This document shows positions 22,322 through 32,418 of a stretch of 64,000 bases of DNA, in pieces. Each line of letters opens with the position of its first letter. Position 1 is the stretch's first letter. The DNA is from Vicinamibacteria bacterium. Its GTDB lineage: Bacteria > Acidobacteriota > Vicinamibacteria > Marinacidobacterales > Marinacidobacteraceae. The position numbers and the translations under genes are program-made. The notes beneath the pieces are model-generated. The model saw only the letters and a program-made list of their open reading frames with translations, ran no database searches and was not told the DNA's origin. The stretch spans positions 1 through 64,000 of the forward strand of contig CAXXLQ010000004.1 of NCBI GenBank assembly GCA_963668695.2, read 5' to 3'.

Positions 22322-22756
22322 CTAACCGAGCCGTAGCAGACCGAATACTCCTGACGGGAGCGGCTGGGGCAGCAGTAGCCGGAAAAGCACCCAGACGAAA
22401 GCCGCAAGCGCGATCGCCATGGTGACCGAAGACAGCCAACCCTCGGCGCCCCGGATCCGCTGGAAGGCGACGACAAACAGCGCCGGACCGGCGACAAAAC
22501 CCAGCGTCGCGACGAGGGCGGGAAGGGCGGCAACCCATGCGCAGGCCGATACAACCTCGGTTCCGGACGGCCCGGTGCCGGTCTCGGCTCCGTCCCCGTC
22601 CCGATATTCCTGGTACAGCCGCCATCCCAGAACGGCGATCAGCGGCGCGAGCACCATCAGCGGGCCGCGACGCGCCTGGGCGCCGAGTGAGAGCGTCTGG
22701 ATCCCCGCCAGGGCAGTCGCTGCGGCAAGCAGGGCCGTAAACGGTTGGACTCTCAT
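22322..22756 (-). CDS. tctB: Tripartite tricarboxylate transporter small membrane subunit TctB
   Basis: ~4 TM, C-terminal LF..LL..PLP.G; ATGA-coupled to tctA. Confidence 0.7.
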   Translation of the reverse strand: MRVQPFTALLAAATALAGIQTLSLGAQARRGPLMVLAPLIAVLGWRLYQEYRDGDGAETGTGPSGTEVVSACAWVAALPALVATLGFVAGPALFVVAFQRIRGAEGWLSSVTMAIALAAFVWVLFRLLLPQPLPSGVFGLLRLG

Positions 22757-24261
22757 CGCGGTGTTCTGCGGTGGCTCAGCAACCGCGGCAAGATTACGGT
22801 GCCCATCACGAGCGCAGCGCCAACCAGCACCGAGGGCCGGGTCCAGAAATTCACGCGGCCGAGTTCGTGGAGCGTCATTGTGAGGCTTAGATTCACTTCG
22901 AGAAGCGGACCCAGAATGAGCGCCATCACGAAGGCGATTCGTGGCCACCCGTACCGCCGCATGCCGTAGCCAGCGATGCCGAAAGCGAAGGCCACGAAGA
23001 CATCGGCCAGACGCGCTCGATAGCCCATTGCGCCGACCGCCGCGAACACGAGCACGACCGGCACGAACTGCACGCTGCGGACCGTGGCCAGGCCGGCCAT
23101 CCGACCGGCGAGCGCCAATCCGAGCAGTGACGTGATCCAGTTGGAAAGAAAAAGCGCCCAGAGCAGCCCGAACACCAGATCGAGGTCGTTCTGGAGCAGG
23201 CCCGGGCCCATCTGCAGGCCATGCACCTCGAGCCCGGTGAGTAGCACGGCCGTACCGGCGCTTCCCGGAATTCCGAGGGCGAGGGTGGTGAGCAACGAAC
23301 CGCCGTCCTTCGCGTCGTTCGTTGCCTCGGGCGCCAGCACCCCGCGGACATCCCCCTTTCCGAAGCGCCCCGTCTCGCCTGCGGTGCGACGGGCCTCGTT
23401 GTAGGCAATGAAGGAGGCAGCGGTGCCCCCGATCCCCGGTATGACCCCCACCATGGTCCCGATGAGCGAACTGCGGAGGAAGACCCCCGGGAACCGAAAC
23501 ACCGAGAGTACGCCGTCGATCGCACTCCCCCCGAGCCCCTCCGAACCGATCCGCTCGGCGACGCGGTGACGGCGACTCGACACCAGCTCGATCGCCTCGG
23601 CAATGGCAAAAATGCCAATGAAAGCCGGGATCAGAGGAATGCCGTCGAGCAGATAGAGCGTCCCGAACGTGTAGCGGGCCTCGGCCGAGATGGGATCGAG
23701 ACCGACAAACGATCCCATGAGCCCCAACCCGACCAGGATGAATCCCTTCACCGGGATCGTTCGGATCACGGTGGCCACCGTGAGGAGGCCCCAGACGGTG
23801 AGCACGACCATCTCCGCGGGTCCAACCAGGTGCACAACGCTACTGATGACAGGCAGGAGCACCACCACCACCGCGATACCGACCGAGGACCCGAGCGCGG
23901 ACGCAGCCGCCGAACAGGCGATCGCTTCCTTCGCCCGCCCCTGCTGCGTCATCGCATGGCCGTCAATCGCGGTCGCGGCATTCGGGGCCGTTCCCGGGAT
24001 GTTGAAGAGAATCGCGGTGACCGAACCCATGAAGGTTCCGCCACCCACCAGCGCGCCGAAAACCACCAGTGCAGGCTCGAGTTCCCAGGAAAACGTCAGC
24101 GGCACGGCCAAGGCCAACAGGGTGATGGCGCTGACCCCCGGCAACGCGGCGACGACCATGGCGGCCATCGTCGCCAGCAGCAGATAGACCGGGTTCGGCC
24201 AGGAAAGCACCAAAACGAGACCGCGCCAGGCCCCGTCGAGGACCGGCGCCAGAACCTCCAC
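22753..24261 (-). CDS. tctA: Tripartite tricarboxylate transporter permease TctA
   Basis: AILFNIPGT, A.TAIDG, G.IPGIG, APEATNDA, LALGIPGS. Confidence 0.92.
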   Translation of the reverse strand: MEVLAPVLDGAWRGLVLVLSWPNPVYLLLATMAAMVVAALPGVSAITLLALAVPLTFSWELEPALVVFGALVGGGTFMGSVTAILFNIPGTAPNAATAIDGHAMTQQGRAKEAIACSAAASALGSSVGIAVVVVLLPVISSVVHLVGPAEMVVLTVWGLLTVATVIRTIPVKGFILVGLGLMGSFVGLDPISAEARYTFGTLYLLDGIPLIPAFIGIFAIAEAIELVSSRRHRVAERIGSEGLGGSAIDGVLSVFRFPGVFLRSSLIGTMVGVIPGIGGTAASFIAYNEARRTAGETGRFGKGDVRGVLAPEATNDAKDGGSLLTTLALGIPGSAGTAVLLTGLEVHGLQMGPGLLQNDLDLVFGLLWALFLSNWITSLLGLALAGRMAGLATVRSVQFVPVVLVFAAVGAMGYRARLADVFVAFAFGIAGYGMRRYGWPRIAFVMALILGPLLEVNLSLTMTLHELGRVNFWTRPSVLVGAALVMGTVILPRLLSHRRTPR

Positions 24262-24263
24262 GG

Positions 24264-25355
24264 CTAGTCGCTACCGCTCCGGCGGTGGTTTTCGAGCGCG
24301 CTCTGGAGGTGCGAGGCCGCCTTGCGTGCCGCCGCGATGCGGCGGCGAGCTTCAGCGGCCGGCAAGGGCGCCAAGACTTGCCCCACCCTCCTCGCGCGGT
24401 CGGCTACCGCCGGGGAGGCCGCGGCGGCAAAGACGGCGGACCCGAGGCAGCGTCGCAGGGATGGCGGCAGGCCGCGCGGGGCCGCGACGATCCTTCCAAC
24501 CTGCGCCAGCGTCTGGAGGGCCCGGGCGTGCTCGCGCGAAGACGACGGATCCCGGAGCCACTCCGGACGATTCTCGATGACGGAGTCGGGGCCGCTCAGC
24601 CCGGGCACCCGCTCCTCCCCTGGCGCCGAGTCTCCCCCCTGGGTCATCCGCAACAACGGAACCAATCCCGGCACACGGGCTATGTTGTGCTCGTCAAACA
24701 TGCCGCCGTCGATTTCGCCTCGCCGAATCGCCGCGAGCGTCGCGCTGGACCCTTGGTATCCCGCCACCAGACGCGTTTCGATGTCGAAGATCTCGCCGAA
24801 GAGCACCGCCATCAGCGTGGAAGTTGCCATCGTCCCATATCGGCCGAGCACCAGTGGCTTGCGTCTTTGCAAAACCTCTTCGAAAGTCCGGACCCCGAGG
24901 CGCCTCCCCACGGCCAAGGTGAAGCGATGGTCGCGGAGGCGCGTCAACACATCGAAGTCGCGCACCAGATCCAGCGCATGGCCCGGACTGGTATAGGGGA
25001 GCACCAGCAACCCCGACCCGTTCAAAAGCCCGATCGTACGACCGTCGGGCCGGGCGCGTGACAGCCGGTGAGCGCCCACCAGTCCCCCGGCGCCGGGAAT
25101 GTTCTCGACCACCACCTCAGCGCCGAGAGCCGCCTCCAGTTCCGGTTCGAGCAGGCGCGACAACCGGTTGTACGAGCCGCCCGGCGGGGCTCCCACGAGC
25201 CATCGGATCCGCTCGCCCTCGAGTACCGGGCAGGCGCCGCGCGCCGGCGCGCCGAGCGAATCCCGGCCGGCCACGAGCGCGCCGCAGCCGGCGGCGAGGC
25301 GCGCGAGGACGGCGCGACGGGTGGTCCGGGGCCGCTCACCCCCGCGAGATTCCAT
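24264..25355 (-). CDS. tctC: Tripartite tricarboxylate transporter substrate-binding protein (TctC/Bug)
   Basis: VGAPPGGSY, VVVENIPGAGG, ARPDG.TI, GY.G......AI.RGE.D; possible Tat leader TRRAVL. Confidence 0.8.
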   Translation of the reverse strand: MESRGGERPRTTRRAVLARLAAGCGALVAGRDSLGAPARGACPVLEGERIRWLVGAPPGGSYNRLSRLLEPELEAALGAEVVVENIPGAGGLVGAHRLSRARPDGRTIGLLNGSGLLVLPYTSPGHALDLVRDFDVLTRLRDHRFTLAVGRRLGVRTFEEVLQRRKPLVLGRYGTMATSTLMAVLFGEIFDIETRLVAGYQGSSATLAAIRRGEIDGGMFDEHNIARVPGLVPLLRMTQGGDSAPGEERVPGLSGPDSVIENRPEWLRDPSSSREHARALQTLAQVGRIVAAPRGLPPSLRRCLGSAVFAAAASPAVADRARRVGQVLAPLPAAEARRRIAAARKAASHLQSALENHRRSGSD

Positions 25356-25492
25356 GGGCCCTCGCCTCCCCGGCGTGAACCGCCCGACCACTCGGCCGTC
25401 TCGCCGGCGGCGTCTTCGAGCCAGTCATCCCAAGCTTCCCACCCCAAATTTGGCCCCAACGACCAAGTTGAGGATCATACAACCGGATCGTA

Positions 25493-27712
25493 ATGCGTTC
25501 GCTCGCGCTTGAACTTGTCGCCGACCTGCGATCCTCGAAGCTGACGGCCGCCCTCGCTATCGGGCTCTTTACGGCGCTCCGCCGTGTCGTTTCGGCGCTG
25601 TCGCAAGCCGCGATCATCTTTTCGGGACCGCTCGCGGCTTACGTGGTGCAAGGTGCCGGACCGCTGCTGTTCGGCGCGTGCGCCCTCTCGGTGACCACCG
25701 CGCTCTTGGGAGGCTTTCGCGGAGCGATCTCAGCGCCGACCTCCGCCCCGGCCGCCGCAATGTTCACCATCGGGATCGTGGTCGGGCCCGAGCTGGCGCA
25801 GTCGCCGGACGTGGCGTTCGTCACCATGCTGGCGATCATGGGTCTTTCCTCGGTGGCCACGGCGGTCTGCTTCCTCCTGATCGGGAGGTTCCGGCTGGCG
25901 AATCTATTCCGCTTCATCCCTTATCCGGTAACCGGAGGATTCCTCGCCGGCCTGGGATGGTCCATGGTCACGGGGGGTGTCACGGCGATGTGCGGCATCG
26001 TGCCGCGCTGGGAGACCCTTCCCCTGCTCTTCGACACCAATATCCTCCTCCGTTGGGCGCCGGGAGTTGTTATCGGCCTCATTCTGCTCTTCGTCACGAA
26101 ACGTTGGCGGCATTTCCTGATCTTCCCGGCGGTGGTGGTGCTCGTGACCGCGTCGTACCACGTGGTGCTGTATTCGCTCGGCATGTCCGTGGCGGAGTCC
26201 GGCGAAGCCGGCCTTCTGGTTGCCGGAATTCCGTCCGGGGCGCTTTGGCCCCCGGTCGCGCTCGGCGATCTGGCCCTCGTGGATTGGGGGGTCGTGGTGT
26301 CCCAGATTCCCGGAGTGTTGGGAGTCGTTTTGATCATGTTGGTGTATTTGGTGTTCACGGTTGGGACCGTGGAGGCCGGTACGGGGGTCGAGATGGATCT
26401 GAACCGCGAGTTCCGCGCGGCAGGCCTGGGTTGCCTGATTGCCGGACTCGGAGGAAGTACCCCCGGTTGCGCCACTACCGGGCGCGCCCTGGTCAGCTAC
26501 CTGGCCGGAGCCAACACCCGATGGACCGGAATCATCACCGGGCTCGCGGTGGGGGCGGTGATGGTCCTCGGCGGTGGCGTCCTGAACATCTTCCCGATGG
26601 CGCTGATTGGAGGGCTGATGGTTTTCGTCGGGGTCCGCCTGCTGCGTGACTGGCTGCTCAGCGCGCCGCGACGGCTGCCACGAGCGGACTTCGCCGCCGT
26701 CCTGCTGATCGCCTGCATCGTCGGCGCCGTCGGGTTCCTCGAAGGCCTTGCCGTGGGTCTGGTCGTCACCGTGATTTTCTTCGTCGTACGGTTCAGCGGC
26801 GTCGAAGTCGTTGGCGACTCGTTCACCGGCGAGGATCGCCACAGCAGGAGGATCCGCCCGGTCACCCACCGCGCCATCCTGCGGAACGAGGGAAAGCGAG
26901 TCCGTGCGTACAGTCTGCGCGGTTACCTTTTTTTCGGTAGCGCCTCCTCGCTGGGGGATCGGCTCAAGAACGCCCTGAAATCCGAACCGGCGCCGAAGTG
27001 CCTGTTGCTGGACTTCGGCGACGTGACCGGCTTCGATGTCTCGGCCATCAACGCGTTCTGCCGGGTGGTCCGGTTGGCGCGTGACACGCACACGCGCATC
27101 GTGCTCAGCGCCGCGACGGAAGCGTTCCGTTCCAGTATGCGGCGGAACCTCCCCGAGCGCTCCTCCGGGGACCTGTCCTGGGAGAGGGACCTGGATCACG
27201 GATTGGAGCGGTGCGAAGAGATCCTGATCGGGGAATGGACCCGAACTCACTCCGCGGTTGAGGAGCGGCGGGAGGCGCTTCTGGGACTGTCGTTTGACGA
27301 GGCCCTTCGCCAACTGGAACGCCAGGCCGCCTTCGAGGCGCTGGTCGATCGGTTGGAGCCCTGGTTGGAGGCCCGGACCTACGCCGCCGGCGAGAGCCTG
27401 GTGGTGCGTGGCGAGAGGCAGGAGGGTGTGCAGCTTCTGACCAGCGGCCGGGCGGTTGCGCGCTCGGATGACGACGAGACGCGCCTCCAGGAGTACGGAC
27501 CCGGTGATGCGATCACTCCCCAGGCGGCTTTCGGCGATCATGTCGCCGAAACCTCGGTCGAAGCCGAAATCCCCTCCCGCACGGCGCTGATGACCGCAGC
27601 CGCGCGCCGCTCGCTGGAGGGGCAGGATCTCGCCCTGGCCCTGGCGATGGACAAGCACCTGATCGAGGCCATCCTGAAGCGGCCGGCCGGCGTTCCCGGC
27701 GCCGGGCGCTAA
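25493..27712 (+). CDS. SulP family anion transporter with STAS and cNMP-binding domains
   Basis: RFIPYPVTGGFLAG, DLNREFRAAG, LRGYLFFGSA, LLDF..V..FD.SA. Confidence 0.9.
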   Translation: MRSLALELVADLRSSKLTAALAIGLFTALRRVVSALSQAAIIFSGPLAAYVVQGAGPLLFGACALSVTTALLGGFRGAISAPTSAPAAAMFTIGIVVGPELAQSPDVAFVTMLAIMGLSSVATAVCFLLIGRFRLANLFRFIPYPVTGGFLAGLGWSMVTGGVTAMCGIVPRWETLPLLFDTNILLRWAPGVVIGLILLFVTKRWRHFLIFPAVVVLVTASYHVVLYSLGMSVAESGEAGLLVAGIPSGALWPPVALGDLALVDWGVVVSQIPGVLGVVLIMLVYLVFTVGTVEAGTGVEMDLNREFRAAGLGCLIAGLGGSTPGCATTGRALVSYLAGANTRWTGIITGLAVGAVMVLGGGVLNIFPMALIGGLMVFVGVRLLRDWLLSAPRRLPRADFAAVLLIACIVGAVGFLEGLAVGLVVTVIFFVVRFSGVEVVGDSFTGEDRHSRRIRPVTHRAILRNEGKRVRAYSLRGYLFFGSASSLGDRLKNALKSEPAPKCLLLDFGDVTGFDVSAINAFCRVVRLARDTHTRIVLSAATEAFRSSMRRNLPERSSGDLSWERDLDHGLERCEEILIGEWTRTHSAVEERREALLGLSFDEALRQLERQAAFEALVDRLEPWLEARTYAAGESLVVRGERQEGVQLLTSGRAVARSDDDETRLQEYGPGDAITPQAAFGDHVAETSVEAEIPSRTALMTAAARRSLEGQDLALALAMDKHLIEAILKRPAGVPGAGR

Positions 27713-27946
27713 CCAGGCGAGGCGCCAAGGATCCAATTCCAAAGGCGGTAGCCGCCGGCCGGTTACGGAGTGAGAGCCATCGGCCTTGGGACGAGGCTTC
27801 TCGCCCGGATGGCGCCGCGGGTACGGGAACGCCGGACCTCACAGGTCGGCAACCGCCCGCCGAAGGTGGTCGAGATGCGCGACGTTGCGCGACGTCGTGT
27901 CGCCTCCTGCGCCGCAGCAAGAGCTCCCAGGTATCAGATATCCGGG

Positions 27947-28327
27947 CTACGCCTCGAGCACGCTGACCTCGTACTGCCGAATTCGGGAATCCCGGGTGAC
28001 GAGGATCAGGCCTTCCAGCTGCGCCTGGGCAATCAGAAACCGGTCGAAGGGGTTCCGGTGGTGCACTGGCAGCTTTCCTGCGTGCTCGGCATGACGGAAG
28101 GTCAGTGGCAAGTGCGAAAACCTCCGTTCCTCAACCGCCGACGCCAGGTCCGGCGGCGCTCGCAGGTCACCCTTTTCCCGTTTGACCGTGATTTCCCACG
28201 CCGTCACCGCGCTGACGAAGACGTCGTTCCGCGGATCAACGATCGCGGCCCGAGCACTCTCTCGTAGCCGCTTCACATCGGACAGCGCCCATACGAAGGC
28301 GTGAGTGTCCAGCAGCAAACGGGCCAC
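27947..28327 (-). CDS. vapC: Type II toxin, PIN domain (VapC)
   Basis: LLLDTH, VSAVT.WEI..K, HR.PFDR.LIAQA, LVT.D. Confidence 0.92.
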   Translation of the reverse strand: MARLLLDTHAFVWALSDVKRLRESARAAIVDPRNDVFVSAVTAWEITVKREKGDLRAPPDLASAVEERRFSHLPLTFRHAEHAGKLPVHHRNPFDRFLIAQAQLEGLILVTRDSRIRQYEVSVLEA

Positions 28328-28329
28328 GG

Positions 28330-28581
28330 TCAGCCTTCATCCGGGAAGATCTTCGAGTTTTCGATCTCCTCCTCGAGTTCCGGGATGGGATCGTCAAAGT
28401 TCGGAGACATCCAGATCCGCCCCTCATAGCCTCCCAGCTTCCGCTCCTCGCGGCGCTCCCGGTAAGGCTCAAGCCGCAGATACGGCTCTCCCGCCCTGGC
28501 GATCACGACTTCCTCTCCCTCCCAAGCCAGACGCCCCAACCGGGAGAGTTGGGACTTGGCCTCGTGCATGTTTACCTTCAT
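28330..28581 (-). CDS. Phd/YefM family antitoxin
   Basis: VNMHEAKSQLSRL....GEEVVIARAG.P. Confidence 0.92.
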   Translation of the reverse strand: MKVNMHEAKSQLSRLGRLAWEGEEVVIARAGEPYLRLEPYRERREERKLGGYEGRIWMSPNFDDPIPELEEEIENSKIFPDEG

Positions 28582-28591
28582 GGACGGATTC

Positions 28592-28611
28592 CTTAGCTAA
28601 GCTAGCCTAAG
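28592..28611. promoter_or_regulatory. Palindromic operator candidate of the TA operon
   Basis: Perfect palindrome CTTAGCTAAG (28592-28601) plus overlapping CTAG/CTAAG repeats, 10 bp upstream of the antitoxin ATG. Confidence 0.5.
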
Positions 28612-28663
28612 TCTTGCACAGGATTTCCGTCGCATCAAGTCGGTCAACCCCAGGGGAAATGTG

Positions 28664-28858
28664 CGCGGGGTCGCCCGGCGGCAGGTGCAGACACGAGTCA
28701 TGGATCACCGACTATCGGTCACCGCCTCGGCGGGCCGCAGGACGGCGAGGCCATCGGTTCCCCCGGCCACGTACGGTTGGGCCAGCACCTGCCGCAGAGT
28801 GTCCTCCTCGTTGTTCCAGTCGATGACGATGCCGCGGCCCTCCTGCTCCAGGACCACG
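28664..28858 (-). pseudogene. Second junction: 87-bp repeat followed by a 109-bp D-aminoacylase internal fragment
   Basis: 28664-28750 matches 21681-21767; 28750-28858 matches 38037-38145 (VVLEQEGRGIVIDWNNEEDTLRQVLAQPYVAGGTDG). Confidence 0.88.
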
Positions 28859-28937
28859 GGAATCCAGACCGCCAGACCCGTAACTTCAACAATCATCGAA
28901 AGATACATTCTGAGACCCTTTGACGTAACGTCCGGGT

Positions 28938-30215
28938 CTAGCCTGAATCCGTCGCCAACTCCTCTCGTGCATCCACCAGCGGGCGTGGATCGTCGGGGAT
29001 GGTCCCGGGGGGAACCACCTCCACGACCGGCCGGATCTTCACCGCCTCCTGGATGCGCCCGGCCAGCCCGGCAGTGTCGACCACGCGGCCGGGTACCGCC
29101 TCGACCCGCACGGTGAAGACGTCCCGCGCGCCTTCGGCGGACACCACCGCCTGGTAGCGCGCCACGGCCGGGTCGAGCCCCAGGGCCCCAGCCACCTCGC
29201 GTGGGTGCACGAACATTCCCCGCACCTTCACCCCCTCCCCCACCCTGCCCAGGAAGCCCGCCAGGCGGGGGTCGGGGCGGCCGCAGCGGCAGCGCGCGCG
29301 CTTCCAGGCGGAAAGGTCGCCGGTGCCGAAGCGCACCAGCGGGTAGACGTCGTTCGGGCTGGTGACCACCACCTGCCCCGTCGCCCCCTCTGCGGCCGGG
29401 CGGTCGTCTCCGGGCACCAGCACCTCGACCACCACCTGCGGTGCGACGTGCCATCCGTCCTTCTCGGCGCACTCGTACCCTAGCAACCCCGTGTCGGCTG
29501 CCGCGTAGGCCTGGTAGACGTCCACCCCGAAGCTGTCCTGGAGGCGGGCGCGTAGCGAAGGCGGCAGCGGCGCGCCCGACACCAGCGCGCGTTTGAACCC
29601 AAGAGCTTGGCCCGACTCCTCCGCCCGCTCGAGCAGGGTCAGGAGGAACTGGGGGGTGCCGGTGTACGCGGTCGCACCCACGGCACGGGCCGCCTCGATC
29701 TGGGCGGCGGCCGCGCCCACACCTCCCGAAATCACCACGCACCCGGCGGCACGCAGTCCCCCGTCAAGCATCAAGCCGCCCGGCGTCAGGTGGTACGAGA
29801 AGCTGTTGAGCACCACCTCGCCGGGACGGAAGCCAGCCACCTCGAGAGCCGCGCCCAAGCGCCAGAAGTCCGCGCCGGTCCCCTGCGGGTCGTTGATCGG
29901 CCCCGGCGAGCGATAGATGCGCGCGAGCGATCGGAGAGACACCGCAAGCATCCCCCCCAGGGGCGGATCGGCGGCCTGAAGCGCGGGCAGTTCGTCCTTG
30001 GTCAGAACCGGAATCGCCCGCAGATCGGCGACGCCGCCCACATCCTCCGGCGCAACCCCGGCCCGCGCGAGCCGCCGTCCGATCTCGCGGCTGTGCTCCG
30101 CCCCGTATGAGACCGCGCGCGCCGCGACCAGGTCCTGAAGCGCGCTCCAGTCCTCGGACGCCTTCCGCAGGGAGCCGCCGCCTGATGACGCTCGCGCTCC
30201 CCTTACGACAGCCAT
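28938..30215 (-). CDS. Phenylacetate-CoA ligase-like AMP-binding protein
   Basis: IPVLTKDEL, SPGPI.DP, YAAAD.G, YPLVRFGTGDLS, KVRGMFVHP; exact start uncertain. Confidence 0.88.
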   Translation of the reverse strand: MAVVRGARASSGGGSLRKASEDWSALQDLVAARAVSYGAEHSREIGRRLARAGVAPEDVGGVADLRAIPVLTKDELPALQAADPPLGGMLAVSLRSLARIYRSPGPINDPQGTGADFWRLGAALEVAGFRPGEVVLNSFSYHLTPGGLMLDGGLRAAGCVVISGGVGAAAAQIEAARAVGATAYTGTPQFLLTLLERAEESGQALGFKRALVSGAPLPPSLRARLQDSFGVDVYQAYAAADTGLLGYECAEKDGWHVAPQVVVEVLVPGDDRPAAEGATGQVVVTSPNDVYPLVRFGTGDLSAWKRARCRCGRPDPRLAGFLGRVGEGVKVRGMFVHPREVAGALGLDPAVARYQAVVSAEGARDVFTVRVEAVPGRVVDTAGLAGRIQEAVKIRPVVEVVPPGTIPDDPRPLVDAREELATDSG

Positions 30216-31069
30216 CGCTTCCGCCGCCGATAGTGCTTCACGTCCCGGTACGACCGGCGTCCCCCATCGCCCAGTCCCAAATAGAACTCCTTCACGTCCT
30301 CGTTGGCCGAGAGCTCCTCCGCGTCGCCCTCGAGCACCACCCGTCCCCCCTCCATGATGTACCCGTAGTCGGCTACCGACAGGGCGATGCGGGCGTTTTG
30401 TTCTACCAGGAGGATCGTGGTGCCCTCCTCGCGGTTGATGCGCTGCAAGGTTTCGAAGATCCTTTCCACGAGCCTCGGGGCCAGCCCGAGCGACGGCTCG
30501 TCGAGCAGCATCATCCGCGGGGAGGCCATAAGCGCCCGGCCCAGCGCCAGCATCTGCTGCTCGCCGCCGGAGAGGTAGCCCGCCAGCTGTCCCCGACGCT
30601 CCGCGAGCGCCGGAAAGTAGTGGTACACCTTGTCCGTTTCGGCCTCGACGGCGCGCCGGGTGCCGCGCGTGTATCCCCCCGCGAGCAGGTTCTCGCGCAC
30701 GGTCAGATGCTCGAAGACCCGCCGACCCTCCAGGACCTGGAAGATGCCCTTCTCCACGATGCGGTGGGCGTCCATCCCCTGGATCTCCTCGCCGTCGAAG
30801 ACGATGGTCCCGTCCCTGACCTCGCCATCCTCCACGTAGAGCAACCCGGAGCTGGCCTTGAGGGTCGTGGTCTTGCCCGCGCCGTTAGAGCCGAGCAGGG
30901 CCGCGATCTGTCCTTCGGCCACCCGCAGCGACAACCCCCGCAGCACGAGGATCACATCATCGTAGAGAACCTCGATGTTGTTGAGGCTCAGGAGCGGTGT
31001 CGCGTCCGCGCCCGGCTGGCCATTCGGGGCTCCCGGGACGGCTTCCCCGCCGGCGGAGACATCCGTCAT
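30203..31069 (-). CDS. livF: Branched-chain-type ABC transporter ATP-binding protein (LivF-like)
   Basis: GSNGAGKTT, LSGGEQQMLA, LLDEPSLGLAP, LLVEQN. Confidence 0.9.
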   Translation of the reverse strand: MTDVSAGGEAVPGAPNGQPGADATPLLSLNNIEVLYDDVILVLRGLSLRVAEGQIAALLGSNGAGKTTTLKASSGLLYVEDGEVRDGTIVFDGEEIQGMDAHRIVEKGIFQVLEGRRVFEHLTVRENLLAGGYTRGTRRAVEAETDKVYHYFPALAERRGQLAGYLSGGEQQMLALGRALMASPRMMLLDEPSLGLAPRLVERIFETLQRINREEGTTILLVEQNARIALSVADYGYIMEGGRVVLEGDAEELSANEDVKEFYLGLGDGGRRSYRDVKHYRRRKRWLS

Positions 31070-32406
31070 CGCGGCGCCTGGACGAAGTCCGTGAACGGCA
31101 CCCACATCCCTCCCTCGACCCGGAAGATGCGGAGCCCCTTCGACCCGCGGTGATCCGTGGGAGTGAAGGTCACGGGCGCGGTGACCCCCCCCATGTCGTA
31201 GTCGGACAATGTCTCCAAGGCAGCCTTGATGTTCGCCCCGGTGAAATCCTCGCCCGCAGCGAGCACCCGCCGCATGCCCTCGGCGAACGCCGCGAAGGTC
31301 CACCATCCCTGCGTGTACGCGTTGGTCTTCCCCTCGGGGGATTCGCCCTTCGACTCCAGATACTCCCGGATGACGCGCGTCCCGGGCACGTCCATGCCCA
31401 GGGGCGCGTACGGCATCGTCCCCATGACACCCTCGGCCGCGTCGCCGGCTAACCGGATCACCTGGGCGTTGGAACACCAGTTCAGACAGAAGAAGGTGAC
31501 GTCCAGCCCCAGACTGCGCGCGTTCTTGAGAGCCACCGCCGCCGGCCCCGAAGTGTTCTGAAAGACGACGTATTGTGCGCCACTCTGGCGGATGCGCGAG
31601 AACTCGGCGGTGAAGTCCACAGCCCCGCGGGGCATTTCGTAGAGGGTCAGGTCGATGCCCAGCGCCTCTGCGAACTCCGCCCCGCCATGCCGCGCCGGCG
31701 ACAGCCCGAAGGGACTCGCGTGGTGCATCAGCGCGACGATGGGCGTCCCCTCGCCGTGGTTCTCGGCGATCCATGCGAGGGCGATGCGAAACTGGTCGCT
31801 GTAGGTCGTGGCCAGCAGGAAATTGTAGGGAGCCTCCGCCGGGTCGCCCAGGCGATGCGAGAGGGACGCGGAACTGAACGGGATCTCGTCCTCGGCGATG
31901 CGCAACCGCAGGGCCTCGGTGTCGCCCGTGCCCCATCCCATGAAGATCACCGCGCCCTCGCCGACGAACTGGCTGTACAGCTGCTCGGCGCGGTCGACCT
32001 GGTAGCCGTAGTCCTGGTAGATGAGGTCGATCGGGCGCCCCTCGATGCCGCCCTGACTGTTGATCCAGTCGGCGAAGCCGCGCACGCCGTCGCCGTAGTC
32101 GGTCCCGACGTCGGCCGTGGGTCCGGTAAGGTCGAAGATCGCGCCGACCTTGATGCTGTTGTCGTCCGACTCCGCGCCGCCGCCACCGCAGCCGACGCAC
32201 AGGGACATGGTGGCGCCGAGCGCGACCGCCCCGTCCATCCGCGCCCGCACGCGACGGCCGATGCTCCGAGCCGCAATCGCGGTGCCCATCCTCGCCCGCT
32301 GACGCCTAGAGGTCACGCGAAGGGCCGCCGCCACCAGGCGATTCCGCATGCCTGTCGTGTCACTCATCTCTTTTTTTGATCCTTCACTCATCTTGCTCGT
32401 CTTCAC
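31066..32406 (-). CDS. Branched-chain-type ABC substrate-binding lipoprotein
   Basis: IKVGAIFDLTGPTA, IN..GGI.GR, WGTGDT; true start probably downstream of 32406. Confidence 0.88.
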   Translation of the reverse strand: MKTSKMSEGSKKEMSDTTGMRNRLVAAALRVTSRRQRARMGTAIAARSIGRRVRARMDGAVALGATMSLCVGCGGGGAESDDNSIKVGAIFDLTGPTADVGTDYGDGVRGFADWINSQGGIEGRPIDLIYQDYGYQVDRAEQLYSQFVGEGAVIFMGWGTGDTEALRLRIAEDEIPFSSASLSHRLGDPAEAPYNFLLATTYSDQFRIALAWIAENHGEGTPIVALMHHASPFGLSPARHGGAEFAEALGIDLTLYEMPRGAVDFTAEFSRIRQSGAQYVVFQNTSGPAAVALKNARSLGLDVTFFCLNWCSNAQVIRLAGDAAEGVMGTMPYAPLGMDVPGTRVIREYLESKGESPEGKTNAYTQGWWTFAAFAEGMRRVLAAGEDFTGANIKAALETLSDYDMGGVTAPVTFTPTDHRGSKGLRIFRVEGGMWVPFTDFVQAPR

Positions 32407-32418
32407 TCATCGCGCTCT

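Noticed and set aside
25904-27742. Long antisense or alternative-frame ORFs (e.g. 25904-27742, 48275-50734, 50086-52224, 37587-39299)
   Set aside because: Shadow ORFs expected in high-GC DNA; Arg/Pro/Gly-rich and overlapping well-supported genes
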